Shown: positions 36,677 through 44,124 of the stretch, piece by piece | How the letters are laid out: every line of letters starts with the position of its first letter | How positions within the stretch are numbered: the first letter of the stretch is position 1 | Notes under the pieces: generated by a model | The model's input: only the letters and a program-made list of their open reading frames with translations | Databases searched by the model: none | Told to the model about the DNA's origin: nothing | Source: Clostridia bacterium | GTDB lineage: Bacteria > Bacillota > Clostridia > Oscillospirales > CAG-272 | Direction of reading: 5' to 3' | Assembly (NCBI GenBank): GCA_017539425.1 | Contig: JAFYHA010000020.1 | Coordinates: 1-52,197, forward strand | DNA length: 52,197 nt | Translations under genes and position numbers: made by a program

Positions 36677-37870
36677 TTATTTGACCAGATTGAGGGTGTC
36701 CAGGGCGATCATCAGTTCCTCGTCGGTCGGGATGACCAGGGTGCGGACCTTTGCGTCCGGAGCGGAGATGTCCACGTTCTCGCCGCGCGGGCAGGACATA
36801 TTGAAATCCTCGTCAATGGAGATGCCCAGATAATCCATATCGCGGCAGACCGCGGCGCGGAAGGCACGGTCGTTCTCGCCGATGCCGGCGGTGAAGAGCA
36901 CGATGTCCACTCCGTTCATTTCCGCAATATACGATCCGATGATCTTCTTGGCGTCCTGGACCAGGACGTCCAGGGCCAGCTTGGCGCGTTCGTTCCCGGC
37001 GTCGGCGGCCGCCCACACGTCTCGCATGTCGCTGGACACGCCGGACAGGCCGAGCAGACCGGATTTCTTGTTGAGAACGTCGTCCATCTGGTCGGGGGTC
37101 AGGTTTTCCTGTTTCATCAAGTAGGTCACGATGGTGGGATCAATGGAGCCGCACCGTGTGCCCATGGGAAGACCTTCCTGCGGAGTCAAGCCCATCGCGG
37201 TATTGATGACCTTGCCGTGATCCACGGCGGTGATGGAAGAACCGTTGCCGCAGTGGCAGGTGATGATCAGGAGCTGTTCCAGAGGAACGCGGACGAATTC
37301 GGCGGCTTTGTGAGCCACATATCTGTGGGAGGTTCCGTGGAACCCGTATCTGCGGACCTGATATTTTTCGTAGTACTCGTAGGGCAGGGCGTAGATGTAG
37401 GATTTCTCCGGCATCGTGCTGTGGAACGAGGTATCAAACACAGTCACCATGGGCTTGCCCGGCATTGCCTTGCGGCAGGCGTTGATGCCCTTGATGGCGG
37501 GCGGGCCGTGAAGCGGGTTGATGCCCACGATGGATTCCAGATAGCGGAGGACCGAATCCGTAACGATCATGGATTCCTGGAGCTTGCCGCCGTGTGCTAC
37601 GCGGTGTCCGACCGCGTCGATCTCGTCGACGCTCTTGATCACGCCCAGATTGCTGTCCGTCAGGAGCTTGAGCACCAGCGCGATGGCATCGTCATGATCC
37701 TTGAGCTCGATTTCGGACTTGTAATCGTCCTTGCCGGGGCGCTTGTGCGTGACGGCGCCTCCGATTCCAATCTTTTCGCAAAGCCCTTTCGCGATGACCT
37801 TGTTCTCGTCCATATCGAACAACTGATATTTCAGGGACGAGCTTCCGGCATTGACTACCAGGATTTTCAT
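36677..37870 (-). CDS. ackA: Acetate/propionate kinase (first gene of the BMC operon)
   Basis: MKILVVNAGSSSLKY, GHRVAHGG, PLH, FDTSFH, RRYGFHGTSH, MGTRCG, FTAGIGEN, PTDEE. Confidence 0.95.
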   Translation of the reverse strand: MKILVVNAGSSSLKYQLFDMDENKVIAKGLCEKIGIGGAVTHKRPGKDDYKSEIELKDHDDAIALVLKLLTDSNLGVIKSVDEIDAVGHRVAHGGKLQESMIVTDSVLRYLESIVGINPLHGPPAIKGINACRKAMPGKPMVTVFDTSFHSTMPEKSYIYALPYEYYEKYQVRRYGFHGTSHRYVAHKAAEFVRVPLEQLLIITCHCGNGSSITAVDHGKVINTAMGLTPQEGLPMGTRCGSIDPTIVTYLMKQENLTPDQMDDVLNKKSGLLGLSGVSSDMRDVWAAADAGNERAKLALDVLVQDAKKIIGSYIAEMNGVDIVLFTAGIGENDRAFRAAVCRDMDYLGISIDEDFNMSCPRGENVDISAPDAKVRTLVIPTDEELMIALDTLNLVK

Positions 37871-37944
37871 CAAAAACCTCCAATAAAGAGTGAAATTCTA
37901 ACCTCGAACCGGCAAACCTGCGGAGTGCCGCTTTTACCATGTCT

Positions 37945-37973
37945 ATTATAACATGACCCCCTGCCTTTTGCAA
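37945..37973 (-). promoter_or_regulatory. Sigma-A promoter of the BMC operon
   Basis: Minus strand TTGCAA-17 nt-TATAAT with TGn extension, about 75 nt upstream of ackA. Confidence 0.7.
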
Positions 37974-38193
37974 CAAAAAAAGCGCCGTTCTCGGCATTTT
38001 CTACAAAAGGCAACAAGGGAAACACCGCGGAATATCACAGGTTGTTCAAAACTGTCAACGTTGATAACAAGTTAACGTCAAATTCAGAGAATGGTTTGCT
38101 TTTGTTCACAGAATAGCAATATTTTTTGTGAAGGTGAACGAGAACGGTTTTCAAAAAACGGACAGGTTGCACAATGAAAAACGGGTGGTAATG

Positions 38194-38220
38194 AAAAAAA
38201 GACCCGGACCGGAGTCCGGG
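38194..38220 (-). terminator. Intrinsic terminator of the acyl-CoA synthetase gene
   Basis: Minus strand CCCGGAC-TCCG-GTCCGGG-TC-TTTTTTT. Confidence 0.8.
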
Positions 38221-38229
38221 TGGAGAGAT

Positions 38230-39954
38230 TCAATGCACCAGATGGCGCTTGATCTTCTTGGAAGTCGTTTTTTCAAATTCTTCATCGCGGAATTCCACAG
38301 ACTGGATCTGCTTGTACCGCACGAGTTTCTTGTTTTCGATCTGGATCTTGTCCCGGATGCAGTCCTGCATATCCTCTGCCGGGGTCCCGTCCGGGAACGC
38401 AGAGGCGTTGGGATAGACGATGGCGACCAGGTTGATCGTTTCGCCGTCTTCGCCCTTCCGGCCGACCACGACGCTTTCCGCGATCTCCGGGATCCCGGCC
38501 AGGTATTCTTCGATCTCCTCCGGGAAGACGTTCTTGCCGTTTTCCAGAACGATGACGGATTTTTTGCGCCCGGTGATATAGATATATCCGGACTTGTCCA
38601 TATAGCCGATGTCTCCGGTGCGGAAGTAGCCGTCCTCGGTAAAGACCTCGGCGCTGGCTTCCGGATTCTTGTAGTAGCCGAGCATCACATTGTCGCCCTT
38701 GACACAGATCTCGCCTTCCACGAAACCGCGGTCGTTGGGCTCCGCGCCCTCTCCGGAATCGATCCGGACCGTGCAGCCGACTACTGCCGGACCAACCGAG
38801 CCGTGTTTCGGGGCATAGTACGGAGTGACGGCGACCAGGGGGGAGCACTCGGTGATGCCGTAGCCCTCACAGATCTGGATACCGAATTCTCCGAACACGT
38901 CCACCATTTCAGGGTTGAGCGGAGCACCTCCGCAGATGATCTTCTTCAGGTTGCCCCCAAACGCGGCCGTGATCTGCCCAAACAGTTTCTGGGACAGGTT
39001 CAGACCCACGAAACGGGCGACCCGGGATACCTTGAGACCGATCTTCAGGTTCCGCTCCATCTCTTTGCGCTTGACTTCGTCCATGATCTTCTTGTACATC
39101 GTGTTGACGAACAGGGGGACTAGGATCAGACCGGTGGGCTTGAACAGGGCGAAGTTGCGCAGCACATGGCGCAGACTGTCGTTGATACAGACGGTCACGC
39201 CCAGGCTGAGTTCGGCCAGCGTGATGCAAAGTTCATAGGTGTGGTGGATCGGGAGGACCGAGACGGTCGTATCTTCTCCCGAAAAGTCCACGCTCGTATA
39301 GGCGGCGCGGCAGGCGGCGACCACATTGCGTTCGCTCAGCATCACGCACTTGCTGCTTCCGGTCGTCCCGGAGGTGAACAGCATCACGGACATACGGTCC
39401 ATATCCGTACTGTCCTCGAGGGTGACTTCCTTGGTTTCGTAAGCGGCCTTTCCAATCTCCAGGATCGTATCCAGAGGAAGGATCCAGGATCCGGTCGTAC
39501 GGGATTCCGTGACGGAAGACATCATCGGGATGAAGGTGTGCACGGAGGGGTGGGACTCCATGATTGGAGCAAATTTCTCATGGAACGAAGGAGAATAGGC
39601 CACGGCATCGATTTCGGCAAAGGCCAGAAAGCCGGAGATCTCCTCGGGCTTGAGATCCTTGTCCATCGGGACCGCGACCCCGCCTGCGATGATGGCGGCC
39701 AGATAGGTCGAGATCCAGAACGGGGAAGTGTCTCCGATCACGGCGATCCGCTTTCCGCCCAGCCCCAGTTTTTTCAGGCCTGCAGCTTCTGAGAATACGA
39801 TACCCTGGAAATCCAGGTAGGTGATGTCTGCGATATGGTTGGAATCATAATAGCGGAATGCGGTTTTATATTGATGGGTGCTCAGGTTCTCGACCAGCTG
39901 GTACAGAGACTGCAGGTCCGGGAGCGCACGGTCATGATATTTGGTTTTAATCAT
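38230..39954 (-). CDS. Long-chain acyl-CoA synthetase (AMP-binding family)
   Basis: FTSGTTGSSK, LPIHHTYE, EGYGITECSP, FRTGDIG, ITGRKK, NGKNVFPEE; start ATG 39954 after AGGAGG. Confidence 0.92.
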   Translation of the reverse strand: MIKTKYHDRALPDLQSLYQLVENLSTHQYKTAFRYYDSNHIADITYLDFQGIVFSEAAGLKKLGLGGKRIAVIGDTSPFWISTYLAAIIAGGVAVPMDKDLKPEEISGFLAFAEIDAVAYSPSFHEKFAPIMESHPSVHTFIPMMSSVTESRTTGSWILPLDTILEIGKAAYETKEVTLEDSTDMDRMSVMLFTSGTTGSSKCVMLSERNVVAACRAAYTSVDFSGEDTTVSVLPIHHTYELCITLAELSLGVTVCINDSLRHVLRNFALFKPTGLILVPLFVNTMYKKIMDEVKRKEMERNLKIGLKVSRVARFVGLNLSQKLFGQITAAFGGNLKKIICGGAPLNPEMVDVFGEFGIQICEGYGITECSPLVAVTPYYAPKHGSVGPAVVGCTVRIDSGEGAEPNDRGFVEGEICVKGDNVMLGYYKNPEASAEVFTEDGYFRTGDIGYMDKSGYIYITGRKKSVIVLENGKNVFPEEIEEYLAGIPEIAESVVVGRKGEDGETINLVAIVYPNASAFPDGTPAEDMQDCIRDKIQIENKKLVRYKQIQSVEFRDEEFEKTTSKKIKRHLVH

Positions 39955-40071
39955 AAAAGAAACGCCTCCTGTAGGGTACTGGCTCCGTATGCCGGAGCGG
40001 CAGACAAAAGACGTTGCCATTATAGTCGCTTTGAACCAAAAAGTCAAGTGTGCGCATTTTTGCCTGGTTGC

Positions 40072-40100
40072 TTGACAGTCGGAATGACGGGGTGTACAAT
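40072..40100 (+). promoter_or_regulatory. Sigma-A promoter upstream of the riboswitch
   Basis: TTGACA-17 nt-TACAAT with TG extension. Confidence 0.75.
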
Positions 40101-40106
40101 ACAATC

Positions 40107-40225
40107 CGACAGTTGGAACAGCGCGTGACCTGGGAAATCTCGGTGAGAATCCGTCGCAACCGCCATTACCGTAACCGGGCCTGACCCGTCAAGTCGGAAT
40201 GCCAGCCGTGCTGTGGCAACCTCCG
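40107..40225 (+). ncRNA. Cobalamin riboswitch (compact form)
   Basis: GGGAA..CGGTGAGAATCCG..ACCGTAA..AAGTCGGA..GCC core; closing helix ACAGCGCG (40118-40125) / CGTGCTGT (40207-40214); precedes a DUF4430 gene. Confidence 0.75.
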
Positions 40226-40344
40226 GATGCTTTGTGCCGGAGGAACATCCTTGGGTGAGCGTGAAAACGCCGAATGGGAGGGTGCAGCCAGAAACAGAGG
40301 CCTTGTCCGGGATCAGCAGCTCGGCAGAGGCATCGTTTCCTGCT

Positions 40345-40373
40345 CTCTCCGGATCTTTCCGGAGAGTGTTTTG
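40345..40373 (+). terminator. Leader terminator (probable riboswitch expression platform)
   Basis: CTCTCCGGA-TCTT-TCCGGAGAG followed by TGTTTTG, upstream of the RBS. Confidence 0.55.
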
Positions 40374-40416
40374 CTTGTTCAACGGTCAATTTTTCACAAA
40401 GAAGAAGGAGTACACC

Positions 40417-41244
40417 ATGAAAAAAGGAACGAGGCTGCTATGCCTGTTCATCAGCGTGGCCATTCTGGCCGTGCTGGGGGCTGTGAGCGCATTTGCAGAG
40501 CCGGACCAGATCGAGGTCAGCCTGCGCATCGAAGGCGTTCATGCCAATTTGTATTATAAAGCCGTGACGCTGACGGTGGAAGGAGACCCGCTGACTGTCC
40601 AGGACCTGCTGACCTATGTGGATGAGACAGAAGCGGAGGTGACCATTACCGGCGCGAGCGCTGGATATGTTACGGCCGTCAACGGTGAGGCGTCCGCTCA
40701 GACGCAGACCGGATGGGACGGATGGATGTTCCGCCTCAACGGCGTGGCGCCGGCAACCGGGATCGATTCCACACTTATTGCGGACGGAGACGAGGTCGTG
40801 TTGTATTACTCGGATGAGTTCGTGACCGGGATGCAGTATCCCGAGATGGACGTGTCCCATCTGAACACAAACGGCGAGATCGTCTTTACCAGTCTGGATA
40901 CCACCTACGATGCACAATGGAATCCAATCGTTGAAAGATGCCCGGTCGCGGGAATGACCGTGACGGTGGGGACAGTGGAGTATGTGACCGACGCGGAAGG
41001 CAAGATCACGCTGGATGCTGAACAGCGGAACAAGACCGCGAACCTGCCGCTTTCCGTCTCCCGTGAGACGGACGGGATCCCGACGGTCCTCAGACTGGCG
41101 CCCAATACCACGATCCATGTCAACAAGGTCATCAACCCCAACACGGGCGACGATCTGTTCGTGACTGCGCTTGTATCCGTTCTGGCTATGGCGGCTTCCT
41201 TGTCCGCTGCGGCATACGTGATCCGCAAAGCGTACTGCAGATAA
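40417..41244 (+). CDS. Secreted DUF4430 (transcobalamin-C-like) protein with sortase-type NPNTG anchor; probable corrinoid-binding surface protein
   Basis: Signal peptide ending AFA; YVTAVNG...GWDGWMFRLNG..P.TGID....DGDEVVLYY; NPNTGD plus TM and basic tail. Confidence 0.82.
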   Translation: MKKGTRLLCLFISVAILAVLGAVSAFAEPDQIEVSLRIEGVHANLYYKAVTLTVEGDPLTVQDLLTYVDETEAEVTITGASAGYVTAVNGEASAQTQTGWDGWMFRLNGVAPATGIDSTLIADGDEVVLYYSDEFVTGMQYPEMDVSHLNTNGEIVFTSLDTTYDAQWNPIVERCPVAGMTVTVGTVEYVTDAEGKITLDAEQRNKTANLPLSVSRETDGIPTVLRLAPNTTIHVNKVINPNTGDDLFVTALVSVLAMAASLSAAAYVIRKAYCR

Positions 41245-41264
41245 TTGAACCGAACAAAAAACAG

Positions 41265-41299
41265 CGCGGCGGGTGTCCATCACCCGCCGCGAATTTTTT
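41265..41299. terminator. Bidirectional intrinsic terminator
   Basis: CGCGGCGGGTG-TCCAT-CACCCGCCGCG with an upstream A-tract and a downstream T-tract. Confidence 0.8.
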
Positions 41300-41304
41300 G
41301 TTAA

Positions 41305-43947
41305 TCAGGCCTCGAGAATGGAAATGTCCGGAACGGTCAGACTGGCCTTTGTGCCGTCGGCACGGGTGAAGTCCCGCGTGATCTCCGACCCGGAGTCATT
41401 GAGGATCAGCAGCTTGCCGTTCCGTCTGGCCACAAAAACCTTGTCCAGTTTCCCGTCCGCCACGTAGACACCGTGTCCGGCGAGGAAGCCTGTGATCGGA
41501 TCGAAGACGGTTGCCTGTGTTTCACGGATCTGTTCGGGCGTACTGGCTTCCATACGGTAGTTGGAAGACGTCCCCGTCTCGGATACTTTTCCGCCTACGG
41601 TTCCGCCCACGAGGATGGAGGAGACCGTACGGTCAGGCCCGAACCATTTCGCCAGGTAATCCGTGTGCGTGTCCAGGTCATACAGCTCGGTCAGGTTGAT
41701 CCCGACCAGCAGGCCGCCTGCATTCGCGAACCGGTCTATGGCCTGCATCGTGGAGGTCTTGTACGGACCGCCTACCGGAATGAAGAGTGCGCGGATGCCG
41801 TCCAGAAGACCGTCCGCAATCGTCTGGTCACAGGCATAGAGATAGTCCGTATAGTCGCGGAGCACGGTGAACGCCGCATACATGGCACCCTGCCGGCGCA
41901 TGTCCAGCATCATCGGGGTATCCGGATACAGAACGCCGATATCCCTCTCAATTCCGCCCTCCTGGAGAAAGTGCACGTTTTCGGCGAAACGCATGGCCCG
42001 CTCTTCGCTGCCCATGATGTTCGCCCCGTAGTAATGCAGGGACTTGGCTCCGGTCGCGGCTGCGTTGTACACGCGGACGACCAGCCCCCGTTCGGTGACC
42101 TGCCCGGCAGGCTCAAAGCTGAACAGCCCATTGTAGAACGTGGAAGCGCTTGCCACCCAGTTGGTGACCGCAAAGTTGAATGCGTAATTGGAAGCTTCGT
42201 TGGTGATGCGTACACCTCCGCCGACCGCCGCAGAGATCTTGCACTGCTGTGCGAACTCGGAGGCGTGCCACGGCACGGCGTCTCCGCCCGTGCACAGGTA
42301 CAGTTCGGTCGCGGGGAAGTATTTGCGGGCGGTCTGCATCCAGAACGAGGCATAGTCGGTCATGGATTTGCGGTACCAGTCGATAAAGTCGATCCAGCGG
42401 CGGCTCTGCGCGTCATCTTTGGGGACATAGCTGCCCGGACCGTTGCATTCATCCACACGGAACTCCGCGTGGGTAATGTCCAGTGGAGGGTAGGTCACGG
42501 CGCCGAAAGACGGGAAGTCGGTCCCCCAGCAGGCATTGAGCGCAGACAGGTCTCCGTTGAACTTTTCCCCGGCCCACCTGCGGAAATCGGCGCGGGCAAA
42601 ACGGTCTCCGCACCAGTAGCCTCCATGGGAATGGTAGACTCCAGGAATGGCCATGGGCCAGTTTCCGTGCGCCACGCTGACGATGGCTTCACCGAAATCC
42701 CCGCTGATCCCGAAGAGCAGTCCCTCAAAGATATCCGTGTCGCGGTAATGGTCCGCGAAAGCTTTCAGGAAGCGTTCGACCCAGGTGTAGAAGTGTTTGT
42801 CCCAGAATGTCTGGATCCGGCTCTCCGTGCCGTGCTCGCAGCAGACCAGGCCTTCGAAATCGCGGGATGCGCGGTACCAGTCCGGAAGGGAATAGGCCGG
42901 ACCCGCGATGATGAACGGAAGCCAGCGGAGCCCCGCTTCCCGGATGATCCGGACCTGTTCGTCCCAGTGGGAGAAGTCCCATTGGCCTTCGCCCGCGTTT
43001 TCGCAGGACTCCCAGGTAACGTACTGCTCCACCGAGGTAACGCCCATATTCTTGAGATGCTTGAGCGTCTTAAGGTCCGCACCTCCGATGCCGATGCACA
43101 GCTCCTGCCCGTCCGGAATGCGAACGCGCATAGCGTCCAGCTTTTCGGAAAACGGATCCGCTTTGGGCGCCGGAGCCGGCTTGGCCTTTTCTTCCGGCTT
43201 GGACTCTACGACAAGATCCCGGGCGCAGCGGAAACCGACGGACGCATTCGTCCCGCCGCCCAAAATGGTCCGGCGTCTGGCGACCCGGAGGTCCTTGGCG
43301 ATCGAATGATAGCAGCCTCCGCGGCAGACCTTGCTTCCCCCCCAGCCGTCCGAGAAGGAACTGGTGTCGTGCTTCTTGTCCGCATAGGAAAAGAACCAGT
43401 CCTGCACCCATTCGTACACGTTGCCGGACATATCGTACAAACCGAACGCGTTGGGAGGATATGAGCCTACCGGGGACGTGTATTTGTATCCGTCGTTGAA
43501 CTGGGCGTCATGCCAGGGCAGATCGCTGTTGCGGTCCGCAAAATTGGCCTGGGTGCCGTCCGGGACGCTGTCGCCCCAGGAATAGACCGTTCCGCTCTTT
43601 CCTCCCGCAGCGGCATATTCCCACTCTTCTTCAGTCGGCAGACGCTTGCCCCGGAAGGCCGCGTAGGCGGCTGCGGTGCCCCAGTCCACGTTGATGACCG
43701 GGTAGTCCGGGTAATCCAGAAAATAGTTGGGCATATCCGGCCATCTCGGGTTTGCGGGATACCCGCGGTGCGTCGCGTCGCAGAACTCTTTGAATTCCCG
43801 GTTGGTTACGGGGTATTCGTCCATGTAGAACGGGGACACGGTGATCTCGTGTACGGGCTTCTCTTCGGGGTAGCCGTGTTCGCTGCCCATCCGGTATGTA
43901 CCTCCGGGGATCAGCTTCATGCGATCCGGAATCTTAGAGTCGGCCAT
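41305..43947 (-). CDS. Fusion of an FGE-sulfatase (SUMF1-like) domain with a GH14/GH42-like glycoside hydrolase
   Basis: IPGGTYRMGS, PVTN.EF, RLPTEEEWEYAA, NAFGLYDMSGNVYEWV, GFRCA; then GVTSVEQYVTWESCE..EGQWDFS, LPDWY, LNACWGT.F.SF; no signal peptide; start ATG 43947. Confidence 0.8.
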   Translation of the reverse strand: MADSKIPDRMKLIPGGTYRMGSEHGYPEEKPVHEITVSPFYMDEYPVTNREFKEFCDATHRGYPANPRWPDMPNYFLDYPDYPVINVDWGTAAAYAAFRGKRLPTEEEWEYAAAGGKSGTVYSWGDSVPDGTQANFADRNSDLPWHDAQFNDGYKYTSPVGSYPPNAFGLYDMSGNVYEWVQDWFFSYADKKHDTSSFSDGWGGSKVCRGGCYHSIAKDLRVARRRTILGGGTNASVGFRCARDLVVESKPEEKAKPAPAPKADPFSEKLDAMRVRIPDGQELCIGIGGADLKTLKHLKNMGVTSVEQYVTWESCENAGEGQWDFSHWDEQVRIIREAGLRWLPFIIAGPAYSLPDWYRASRDFEGLVCCEHGTESRIQTFWDKHFYTWVERFLKAFADHYRDTDIFEGLLFGISGDFGEAIVSVAHGNWPMAIPGVYHSHGGYWCGDRFARADFRRWAGEKFNGDLSALNACWGTDFPSFGAVTYPPLDITHAEFRVDECNGPGSYVPKDDAQSRRWIDFIDWYRKSMTDYASFWMQTARKYFPATELYLCTGGDAVPWHASEFAQQCKISAAVGGGVRITNEASNYAFNFAVTNWVASASTFYNGLFSFEPAGQVTERGLVVRVYNAAATGAKSLHYYGANIMGSEERAMRFAENVHFLQEGGIERDIGVLYPDTPMMLDMRRQGAMYAAFTVLRDYTDYLYACDQTIADGLLDGIRALFIPVGGPYKTSTMQAIDRFANAGGLLVGINLTELYDLDTHTDYLAKWFGPDRTVSSILVGGTVGGKVSETGTSSNYRMEASTPEQIRETQATVFDPITGFLAGHGVYVADGKLDKVFVARRNGKLLILNDSGSEITRDFTRADGTKASLTVPDISILEA

Positions 43948-44124
43948 AGGAGGATCCTCCTCATAGTATGGTTTTCGGCCCAGGGGCCACTTGCATTGTA
44001 ACATGCGGCAAACGGGATTGGCAATATGGAAAGCAGAGTTTGCGAAAAAAGTCCAACCCCTTGACAGTAGAATGATTAAACGTAATAATGTTGTTGTAAA
44101 AAGTTTTCAGGAGGTTGATCATCT

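Noticed and set aside
38230-39954. Acyl-CoA synthetase as part of the BMC operon
   Set aside because: It has its own terminator (38194-38220), a 360-nt gap, a separate BMC promoter and no encapsulation peptide
41305-43947. FGE/C-type-lectin fold as a diversity-generating retroelement target
   Set aside because: No reverse transcriptase and no template-repeat copy of the GFRCA region were seen in the window, and the domain is N-terminal
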